A stretch of 64,000 nt of DNA. It comes from Hyphomicrobiales bacterium. GTDB taxonomy: Bacteria > Pseudomonadota > Alphaproteobacteria > Rhizobiales > Xanthobacteraceae. The stretch spans positions 3,728 through 67,727 of the forward strand of contig JAFKKG010000030.1 of assembly GCA_017305715.1 (NCBI GenBank), in the 5' to 3' direction. Positions within the stretch are counted from its first letter, which is position 1. The number at the start of each line of letters is the position of its first letter. Positions 56,609 to 64,000 of the stretch are shown piece after piece. Made by a program: the position numbers and the translations under genes. The notes beneath the pieces are model-generated. The model did not search any database and was not told where the DNA came from. It was given only the letters and a program-made list of their open reading frames with translations.

Positions 56609-58270
56609 TCATCCAGCCGCTACAGAATTGTCCCGTACGAGAGCCGATATCCACGACCCCAATGCCGCGGCGATTTCCAGGCGTGACCGCTCGGTATCAT
56701 CGGCAACAGTCCTGGCAACGTGGCCGTCCGGGCGGACCAGCATGGCGCCGCTTCCGGACAGGCCGCATGTCTTCAACCAGTCCGTTTCGAAAACGTAACC
56801 ATCGTTCAGATTGACGAATTTTACCCCATAGGGAGCGACGACGTCCCCTTGCCAGCGCGAAGCTTCCGTGCGGGTGAACAGCGTGAACGACACTGGATCG
56901 ACCAGGTCGAGCGTTGATATTCGGCGACCGCGATGGGTCACCCAGGCATGGGGCATGCGATCCCCCGGGTTCGCCGACGGATCGTACCGCGTAGGTTCGG
57001 CAGGCCCGCGAACGGGAGGACCGTACGAATAACCGAGCTGCAGTCCGGGGCTGAGAAAATGCTCGCGGTGTGTCGAGATTTCGGAACCAAGTGCGGTCCG
57101 GCCAGCATCGCTCACCGTTCCCCCGATGATCGATTGCTCGGCCAGACGAAACAGGTCTGGCAGCCGGTTCGAATTGTGCAAACTCTGCCGACAGTTGTTC
57201 TCGGCGATGGGTCGGCGTTCTTCGTCATAGCTGTCGAGTATGGCTGATGCTGCTGCGTTGCGCAGCGCCAAGGCCATCTTCCAGGCGAGGTTATGCGCGT
57301 CAGCAATCCCGGTATTGAGTCCCAGGCCACCGGTCGGTGGAAAGCGATGCGCGGCGTCGCCGACCAGAAAGCAGTTGCCCCGGCGATACGCAGTAGCAAC
57401 CTGGGCCGCCATCATCCAGGGCACGACATGCTTGACCTGAAGCTCAACGTCGCGGACGCCAATGGCGTTTCGGATCAGCGTTGCGCAATGTTCATCGGTG
57501 TAGACCGCCCGGTCGAATATTTGCGGCATTGCCCGCGGCGTGTAGACCCACGTGCGGTCGATATCATAGGCGATGAAGGTGCCTGCAACCGACGGGTCGA
57601 GTATCCAGTACAGGATGGCCGGTCGGTCCCGGAGCAACGCACGAAGGTTTGCTTCGAAATGAATGGTAATGCGCGGCCGTACTGACGGATTGCCGTCGAG
57701 CGGAATGGCGAGGAATTCCCGCACCGCGCTATTCGCGCCATCCGCGGCTATCAGGAAGGTGCTCTTGATCTGATATTTCGAGCCATGCGACTGAATTGTC
57801 GATATGGCTCCGCCGTCTTCGAGACGACATCCGACCCAGTCATGTTCGGTCCGAAGTTCGATTGCCGCATTCTTCTCGGCCGCGGCGCGCAGGATGGCCT
57901 CGAATTTCGGTTGCGCCAGGTTCAGTAGCGGTGTTGGAGTGGCCTGGACCGCACTGGCTTCGGGCGTATCCAGCGGTATCTTGCCAAGTTCGATCCCCGC
58001 CAGGGTCGTCATGAAGCGCGAATACTCCTGGTCGCCGCGAGGGGGGCCGGCTGACCGCATCATGTCGACATCGATATCGAGCGATCGCAGGATCTCGAGC
58101 GAGCGCGGATTCACGACGTGCGCCTTTGGCGCGCTGTCGGCTCTCGTTGGCCGCCGTTCCACGACGACCGAAGGAATGTTCTGTCGCGCCAGCAACAGCG
58201 CCATTGTCAGCCCGACCGGACCGCCGCCAACGATCAGAACGGGGATATCGGCCTGCTGATCAAATATCAT
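56609..58270 (-). CDS. FAD-dependent monooxygenase (TfdB/2,4-dichlorophenol hydroxylase- or RdmE-like group A)
   Basis: IVGGGPVGL, LIAADGANS, LVGDAAHRFPPTGGLGLNTGIADAHNLAWK, PGDRMPH, LVRPDGHV. Confidence 0.88.
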   Translation of the reverse strand: MIFDQQADIPVLIVGGGPVGLTMALLLARQNIPSVVVERRPTRADSAPKAHVVNPRSLEILRSLDIDVDMMRSAGPPRGDQEYSRFMTTLAGIELGKIPLDTPEASAVQATPTPLLNLAQPKFEAILRAAAEKNAAIELRTEHDWVGCRLEDGGAISTIQSHGSKYQIKSTFLIAADGANSAVREFLAIPLDGNPSVRPRITIHFEANLRALLRDRPAILYWILDPSVAGTFIAYDIDRTWVYTPRAMPQIFDRAVYTDEHCATLIRNAIGVRDVELQVKHVVPWMMAAQVATAYRRGNCFLVGDAAHRFPPTGGLGLNTGIADAHNLAWKMALALRNAAASAILDSYDEERRPIAENNCRQSLHNSNRLPDLFRLAEQSIIGGTVSDAGRTALGSEISTHREHFLSPGLQLGYSYGPPVRGPAEPTRYDPSANPGDRMPHAWVTHRGRRISTLDLVDPVSFTLFTRTEASRWQGDVVAPYGVKFVNLNDGYVFETDWLKTCGLSGSGAMLVRPDGHVARTVADDTERSRLEIAAALGSWISALVRDNSVAAG

Positions 58271-58318
58271 ATCACGCTCGCAACGGTATTTCTTGTGGTG
58301 TTCCCGTACTTGCCGGGA

Positions 58319-59518
58319 CTACATAATCGAGCCGAAATACACCCACCGCGTGCCATCGAATCGCATCAGCTTCATTTGCTTGATTGGGCTGTAGTCGGTC
58401 CGAGAGGTCGTGACCTCAATGCCCGGCAGCAGCAGATCGTAGTCGATCTTCTTCAGGTTGCGGGCCTGCTCCATGATGTTCTCGCGGGTCAGGTTGTCTC
58501 CGCATTGCCGGAGCACCTGGACCAGGCTTTGCGCGACGCTGTAGGCGTAGGCAGAGAAAAACGCGTTGCTCAAGTCACCTTCGGGGTAATAATCGGCCAT
58601 GAACTTGCGCCAGGTCTTGACGCCGGCATCGTTTTCCCACGCTGGATCGGTCGGATCCTTCATGAAGTTCGACGACACCACGCCGACTGAGTTTTCGAGT
58701 CCCGCCGGCTTCAATACGCCGCCAACCGAGATGGAAGCGAAGGCGAGTATATTGATCGAGGGTTTCCAGCCCGTCTCCGCCAAACGGCGGATCGCCTGCG
58801 CTGCCGTGCGCGGCGTGGCAAAATTCATGAAGGCGTCGGCTCCGGATTGCCGGAGGGTGGCGATTTGCGAGTCGATGGTGGGGTCGGACGGATCATATCC
58901 CGCTTCGGCGACGATCATGTCGGACTTGTTGCCAAGACCCTCTTTGAGGCCTTTCAGCATGTTTTTTCCAAAATCGTCTTTTTGAAACAGAACCGCGATC
59001 TTGGCGGAAGGGTTCTCGGTCAGGATGTATCTAGCGTAGAGGCGGCCCTCCATTTCAGCTTGCGGAAACCAGGCCATTGTCCACGGCGCGTGCTCCGGAT
59101 CGTTAAATCGTGCGTCGCCGGAAGAGAGAAACAGCTGCGGGACCTGCTTGCGGTTCATGTAGGCGACGATGGCGGCGTTCGTGGGCGTGCCGGCCGAAGC
59201 GAAAATCATCGACACCTCGTCACCCTCGACCAATCGACGCGCCTGCTCTGCGGTCTTGGGCGGGGAGTAGTTGTCGTCATACGATATGTAACGGATCTTT
59301 CGTCCATTGATGCCGCCACGATCGTTGATCATCCGGAAAAACGCTGCCTGTGTTTTTCCGATCGTCGAGACAAGCGAAACCGGTCCGCTGTAGGGAACGA
59401 TGTTGCCGATCACAATTTCCGTGTCGCTCGTGCCCGGCCCGTATTGGGGCGCCGCAACCACGGCCGTGCCGTAAACGATGGTCCCCAAGGCCATCGCGAC
59501 CGTTAGACCTGTCCGCAT
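58319..59518 (-). CDS. ABC substrate-binding protein, branched-chain amino acid/aromatic (PBP1) family
   Basis: YGPGTSDTEIVIG, GGINGRKI, DDNYSPPKT, YMNRKQVPQLF. Confidence 0.88.
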   Translation of the reverse strand: MRTGLTVAMALGTIVYGTAVVAAPQYGPGTSDTEIVIGNIVPYSGPVSLVSTIGKTQAAFFRMINDRGGINGRKIRYISYDDNYSPPKTAEQARRLVEGDEVSMIFASAGTPTNAAIVAYMNRKQVPQLFLSSGDARFNDPEHAPWTMAWFPQAEMEGRLYARYILTENPSAKIAVLFQKDDFGKNMLKGLKEGLGNKSDMIVAEAGYDPSDPTIDSQIATLRQSGADAFMNFATPRTAAQAIRRLAETGWKPSINILAFASISVGGVLKPAGLENSVGVVSSNFMKDPTDPAWENDAGVKTWRKFMADYYPEGDLSNAFFSAYAYSVAQSLVQVLRQCGDNLTRENIMEQARNLKKIDYDLLLPGIEVTTSRTDYSPIKQMKLMRFDGTRWVYFGSIM

Positions 59519-59559
59519 GATACTCTCTCCGTCACTGTTCAGAGTTGTTCTTATGCACA

Positions 59560-59967
59560 CTATGAGGCGGCAAATATCGGCAGGATCTGCCGCGACCGTA
59601 TCTTCCAGGTCCCCGCGTCATGCTGCATGGTGTCGTTGACGTCGCCGATCAATGCAGGGGTCGGCGGCCTACTCGAATCGTCCGAGCGATACAGGGTCAA
59701 TATCCAGCGGACACTGATCGAGGATTGGGTCACTTCCAAAAGATGGAGGTTCGAAACGACGTGTCGCGACGTGCGGCCGGTCATGTCACGTCGCCTGCGA
59801 AGCCCGTCCCTGATCGCGTCAATTCCACGCGTCGTTACTCCGGCGATGTTCTGCTCGGCATCGTCCGTGTAGAAACGGGCCGCTTCGTCCGCTCGGCCGT
59901 GATCGATCAGCCAGGCCCATTCCGCCAGCAGCTGTTCAATGTCCGCGCGGATTGATTGATGGTTCAT
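59560..59967 (-). CDS. NTF2/SnoaL-like fold protein
   Basis: IEQLLAEWAWLIDHG, SRHVVSNL, WKIRSRQI. Confidence 0.8.
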   Translation of the reverse strand: MNHQSIRADIEQLLAEWAWLIDHGRADEAARFYTDDAEQNIAGVTTRGIDAIRDGLRRRRDMTGRTSRHVVSNLHLLEVTQSSISVRWILTLYRSDDSSRPPTPALIGDVNDTMQHDAGTWKIRSRQILPIFAAS

Positions 59968-60055
59968 GAACCTGGCTCTTGGGCAAATAAAGCGTGAGGG
60001 ACCGGCGGCCGCGGATGGCCGTGATTGACCGCATGGCGGTCGCCGGCGGTACGAG

Positions 60056-60646
60056 TTAGGTTCGCGAAGGCAGACCGCGCGGGCCGATGTTTTTGCGCTT
60101 CTTCAATTCGGCCTCCGGGACGCCGCTGCGGAATTGCGCCAGCAATTCTTCGGGTTCGAAGTCAACACCGATCGGATTCTCGGCGAACGCGGGTGAATTG
60201 ATCCAGGCATCCGCTTCGGCATTCGTTGGGAAATTGTCGATCTGCAGTTCGACGGCATTTCCGTCCGGATCCTTGTAGTACATCGACGTGGTGGGCCCGT
60301 GATTGACGCAGTGCGACGGCACGATGGAGATGTCGCGCAGCCGTTCGTAGTTCGACAGCAGGTCGTCAAATGTCGCATAGGTGAAGGCGATATGATGAAG
60401 CCCTGCCGACCGGTCGGCGTCATGATTCAGCGTGGGGATCTGGATCGCAGCGATACGATGATGTTCGTCATCGTAGGTAAGAAAGCCGATGAAGCTGTTT
60501 TCAAAAACGATGTGCGCATTCAGGACTTTGCAGTACCAGTCGAGGAGCCTGCTCTTGTCAGTTGTCTTGAAGACGATATGGGCCAGTCGGTCCGGCACGA
60601 TCCGCCGGGTGGAACTGTGGCTCGCGATGGCTGCCGTATCAGTCAT
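60056..60646 (-). CDS. VOC family protein (small extradiol dioxygenase BphC-III-related)
   Basis: HIVFKT, TYDDEHHRIA, GLHHIAF, NHGPTTSMYYKDPDGNAVELQID; metal ligands His/His/Glu present. Confidence 0.85.
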   Translation of the reverse strand: MTDTAAIASHSSTRRIVPDRLAHIVFKTTDKSRLLDWYCKVLNAHIVFENSFIGFLTYDDEHHRIAAIQIPTLNHDADRSAGLHHIAFTYATFDDLLSNYERLRDISIVPSHCVNHGPTTSMYYKDPDGNAVELQIDNFPTNAEADAWINSPAFAENPIGVDFEPEELLAQFRSGVPEAELKKRKNIGPRGLPSRT

Positions 60647-60670
60647 GTCAGTGGCTCCGTTGCAGGGTGT

Positions 60671-61555
60671 CTAGTGAATGAACGAACCGGCACGGTCCGG
60701 CGCGATGCGTGCTTCGATATGGCCAATGCGCTCGATCTCGATGCGAACCAAATCATCGACCTTTAGCCAGGCTTTGTCCGGGCGAAACGCGGCGACGCCG
60801 GCCGGCGTGCCCGTCGCAATCACGTCGCCGACTTCCAGCGTGAAAACCGTCGACAGTGCCTCGATCAGAGCGGCGCAATCGAAGATCAGGTTGCGGGTAT
60901 TCGACGATTGCCGGACCTCGCCATTCACGTAGGTCCTGATATCGAGCTCGACCGGATCGGGAATTTCGTCGGGTGTGACGATCACCGGTCCCATGGGGCA
61001 GTGCGTGTCCCAGGACTTTCCCATGATGGCTGTCGGCGCCATGCGCTGCCAGTCGCGCACCGACACATCGTTCAGGATGGTGTATCCGGCGATGACCTGA
61101 GATGCCTGCGCCGACTTGACCCGCCGGCAGCGGCGGCCAATAACGATCGCGAGTTCTGCCTCGTAGTCGAGTTGATCCGACTCCGGCGGCAGCAAAACAG
61201 TGGCGTAGGGGGCACGCGCCGACGTCGACTGCTTGTTGAAGAAAACCGGTCGCTCCGGCATCTTGGCATTGGCACCGCCGACTTCGATGGCGTGGTCGCG
61301 GTAGTTCATGCCGGTCGCCAGGATTTTTGGCGGACGCAGGATCGGGCTTTCGATCGTTACTTGCGACCTCGAGATCGCGGGTCCTCCCCGAGTGAGAGCG
61401 CTCCTGGCCTCCGCCATCGCCACCTCGCCCTTCGTCAGGAAAGCGATCATTTCACGGGGGAGGGCGGGTGCCGCTACGCTCAGATCGAGGATATCGTTGC
61501 CTCGCATGACGCCGATACGGGTGCCGTGGTCGTCGGTAAAGGTCAAAAGTCGCAT
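60671..61555 (-). CDS. Fumarylacetoacetate hydrolase family protein
   Basis: GMNYRDHA, LDYEAEL, NDVSVRDWQ, GKSWDT, GDVIATGTPAGV. Confidence 0.92.
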   Translation of the reverse strand: MRLLTFTDDHGTRIGVMRGNDILDLSVAAPALPREMIAFLTKGEVAMAEARSALTRGGPAISRSQVTIESPILRPPKILATGMNYRDHAIEVGGANAKMPERPVFFNKQSTSARAPYATVLLPPESDQLDYEAELAIVIGRRCRRVKSAQASQVIAGYTILNDVSVRDWQRMAPTAIMGKSWDTHCPMGPVIVTPDEIPDPVELDIRTYVNGEVRQSSNTRNLIFDCAALIEALSTVFTLEVGDVIATGTPAGVAAFRPDKAWLKVDDLVRIEIERIGHIEARIAPDRAGSFIH

Positions 61556-61740
61556 GGTCTCCCCGCCATCGCCGTGAGCGTTTTATTCTTTTTGCGCTGC
61601 GATATGCCGCCTTTCGGCAGCGTAGCATCGCGGTCAGGGGCGGGGTAATAGAAAGACCTGATAACGTTATGTTGGTGGAACGCGCCCGGAAACTTCTATC
61701 CGGCCTCCACCCGTTCCGACCTGAAGGCAAGTGCGTCACA

Positions 61741-62673
61741 ATGTCCAAGCTTCCAAATAGCCATAGCATGATGGCGTTTCTGGCCGTGGCCGAGGAGGGA
61801 AGCATCAACGCCGCAGCCGAAAAACTCCATGTTTCTCAACCCGCATTGACACGCACGATCCGGGAGTTGGAAGAGCAAGTCGGCACGCAATTGTTCGATC
61901 GCAATCCCAAGGGCGTGACCTTGACCCCCTTCGGGCAATTGCTGGTGGGGCATGCGCGGCGGTTGCGTTCAGAGTTGGAAGCCCTGGCGCGGAATGCGCG
62001 CTCCTATCGGGCGAATCGACGTGGTCATTTGGCGATCGGAGCGGTGCCGGTGCATCCGGTCTTGCTCGTTGCCAAGGCCATCGCCGACATTCAGAAGCGC
62101 GACAATCTCGAGGTCAGCGTCGTTGTCGGCTCTCAGCTAGAGATGATCGCTCTACTGCGAGCGGGCAAGGTCGAATTGGTGCTGGGGCCGTTGCTGGCTG
62201 ATGCCGAGATCGCGGGATTGCATCAGGAATTGATCAATCAGGAAGGAACCGAGTTTTATTGCCGACCAGATCATCCGCTTGCGGCGAAATCACCGGCCGT
62301 AACCACCGATCTCGGCACCGCACAGTGGGTCCTCGCAGGTCGCGGCAACACACTTCGTACCCGGATTGACGAACACTTCATGCGGGCCGGTCTCGTTCTT
62401 GACGTTCCCATTGAGACCGAGGACGTGAATTTGCGGCGTTCAATCGTCGCGCAATCGGATCTGATTTCCGCGTTTCCGAGCCATCACGTGTTTAACGAAG
62501 TTAGAACCGGCACTCTGTTCAGGATCGACTATGCCGGGCTTCAGGAGCAACAGGCGATCGGATGCATCCGAATGCTCGAACATACACCGATTTCACGCGG
62601 GTTCATCGATGCGCTTCGAATGAACTTCGAAACTGCAGGGCTGTTGCCTCGCTTGCCGATCGATCAGCGATAA
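61741..62673 (+). CDS. LysR family regulator
   Basis: GSINAAAEKLHVSQPALTRTIRELEEQVG, LFDRNPKGVTLTPFG; divergent from the FAH operon. Confidence 0.9.
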   Translation: MSKLPNSHSMMAFLAVAEEGSINAAAEKLHVSQPALTRTIRELEEQVGTQLFDRNPKGVTLTPFGQLLVGHARRLRSELEALARNARSYRANRRGHLAIGAVPVHPVLLVAKAIADIQKRDNLEVSVVVGSQLEMIALLRAGKVELVLGPLLADAEIAGLHQELINQEGTEFYCRPDHPLAAKSPAVTTDLGTAQWVLAGRGNTLRTRIDEHFMRAGLVLDVPIETEDVNLRRSIVAQSDLISAFPSHHVFNEVRTGTLFRIDYAGLQEQQAIGCIRMLEHTPISRGFIDALRMNFETAGLLPRLPIDQR

Positions 62674-62700
62674 TCCGAGGACGCCGGGCACGCAGGCAGG

Positions 62701-63399
62701 CTAGAGCGTCGAGCCCGTCGCCAGAATGCGCTTTCGCAGTGATTCGATGTGGCCCTTCATCGCCTCCGCGGCGGCGCTGGCGTCGTGCCGTTCAAACGCC
62801 TTGAGCAATTCGTGATGTTCCGTACTGGTCATATCGTAGTCCGCGAATTGCCAGTGCGGCATGAACCACAATCGTGACATGCGCTCGTGAATAGGCCGAA
62901 GCACTTCAACGATGAGCTTGTTGCCGGCCACGCGCGCAATCGTGGTGTGGAAGCGGCGATCGAGCTCCATCAGCCGAATCGAATCGGACTTCTCTCTCAG
63001 TTTCTCAAACTCGTTCAGGATGTTCTTCAGCTCGGCGATATCGGCGAGCGTTGCGCGTTCGGCGCATTGCGAGGCGCAGTACGGCTCGATCAATGCGCGC
63101 ACTTCGAGCGCCGTGAAGATCTCGGAAAGCGACTCGACCTTGATGAAGATGCCCTTGCGCGGAATGATCTCGAGCAGTCCCTCCTGCTGGAGCTGATGCA
63201 GCGCTTGGTGCACGGGCGTGCGACCAAGCTTCAGATCATCGCAAATCGTGCTTTCCTGCAGAAACTGACCAGGGATGTAGCGGGCTGAAACCAGCCGCTC
63301 CTTGATCAGATCGTAGGCGAGCGCCTGAAGGGTCTTGCCAGCGCCCTTCGGCGCCGAACGCGAGGAGGGGCTGGTTTTCGCGCGCGCGTTCCGCGCCAT
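62701..63399 (-). CDS. GntR family regulator (FadR/VanR, FCD domain)
   Basis: AYDLIKERL, LGRTPVHQAL, IIPRKG, DRRFH, EHHELL. Confidence 0.9.
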   Translation of the reverse strand: MARNARAKTSPSSRSAPKGAGKTLQALAYDLIKERLVSARYIPGQFLQESTICDDLKLGRTPVHQALHQLQQEGLLEIIPRKGIFIKVESLSEIFTALEVRALIEPYCASQCAERATLADIAELKNILNEFEKLREKSDSIRLMELDRRFHTTIARVAGNKLIVEVLRPIHERMSRLWFMPHWQFADYDMTSTEHHELLKAFERHDASAAAEAMKGHIESLRKRILATGSTL

Positions 63400-63436
63400 G
63401 AGAAAACTCCAGAATGAGAATCAATGGAGATACGCT

Positions 63437-63446
63437 TAATATATCA
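63437..63446. promoter_or_regulatory. Possible GntR autoregulatory site
   Basis: Near-palindrome TGATATATTA on the minus strand in an AT-rich spacer about 40 bp upstream of gntR. Confidence 0.35.
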
Positions 63447-63488
63447 ATAGCGGGCAGCCTTCAACGAAGGCCGCCCGCATGGATTGCG

Positions 63489-63890
63489 TTAGCGGCGGCC
63501 GGCCCCCAGATGGGCGATGCCTTCGATTTCCACCAGGATTTCCGGCGAAGCGAGGTTGGAGACCTCGACGAGGGCGGAGGCCGGAAAATCCCCCGTGAAG
63601 AACTCCTTCCGCGCCTTCCAGACCTGCTGCCGATTCTCGATGCGGGTGACAAAGACGTTGATCTTGACGATATCCGCCATGGCGCCGCCGGCAGCCTCGA
63701 CGAGGGCCTTGAATTTCTCGAAGATTGCCCTGGTTTGCTCATACTCGTCCGCGCCGACAATGGTCTTGCCGTCCGCTCCACGCGCCGTCAGTCCGGAAAA
63801 ATAGGCGATCTCGCCCACGACGAGACAATTCGACCAGAGCCCGGGCTCGGCCTCGGCGACGGAGGGAGATGTGACGCGACGGATTTTCAT
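63489..63890 (-). CDS. RidA/YjgF family protein
   Basis: IVKINVFV, RKEFF.GDFPASALVEV..LA.PEILVEIEG. Confidence 0.88.
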   Translation of the reverse strand: MKIRRVTSPSVAEAEPGLWSNCLVVGEIAYFSGLTARGADGKTIVGADEYEQTRAIFEKFKALVEAAGGAMADIVKINVFVTRIENRQQVWKARKEFFTGDFPASALVEVSNLASPEILVEIEGIAHLGAGRR

Positions 63891-64000
63891 GGAGAGCTCC
63901 TTTCAAAATATCAGGATGGTGTTTCGTTCAGCCGTTGGATCGCCCGCGCGATCGCACGGGGAATGAGGTGGGCGCGATAGTTCGCACTCGCATGCAGGTC

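Noticed and set aside
1-64000. CRISPR arrays, IS elements, integrases, prophage genes, rRNA, programmed frameshifts or selenocysteine read-through
   Set aside because: No regularly spaced repeats, no transposase/integrase or phage motifs, and no interrupted gene were seen. This was by eye only, so short decayed fragments could be missed.

Overview
This is a high-GC alphaproteobacterial chromosome segment. The intergenic repeats and gene content look Bradyrhizobium-like, which is an inference. Bases 1-14.4 kb look like backbone: an ABC binding protein, EthD, an aldo/keto reductase, an Orn/Lys/Arg decarboxylase coupled to a GNAT, paoABC, a PatB-like lyase and an acyl-CoA dehydrogenase, with REP-like palindromes between genes. 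An intact tRNA-Gln(TTG) lies at 14422-14496. After it come about 50 kb of accessory catabolic genes, with no integrase or transposase I can recognise. A decayed copy of the tRNA-Gln leader and 5' half lies at 56517-56600 and separates two blocks. Block 1 (15-56.5 kb) is rich in organosulfur functions. It carries a peptide-type ABC importer, an HpyO-like flavoprotein, a DecR-like Lrp with a Cds1-type cysteine desulfhydrase and an orphan gcvH, a luciferase-like monooxygenase/CMD/AhpD trio and a YeiE/YeiH pair. It also carries a 26 kb set of operons that probably forms one MocR regulon, because a shared ATTGT[AG]TC/GA[TC]ACAAT motif occurs in three promoter regions. That set encodes a CoA ligase, beta-oxidation enzymes, a split biotin-dependent carboxylase, a desulfinase-like acyl-CoA dehydrogenase, a four-domain rhodanese, DszC/SfnB-like and SsuD-like monooxygenases and three paralogous binding proteins. 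Block 2 (56.6-62.7 kb) is a LysR-controlled module that looks like aromatic catabolism. Family assignments come from motif recognition only; no database searches were run, and substrates are hypotheses. Start codons were adjusted by hand where the ORF track over-extends.
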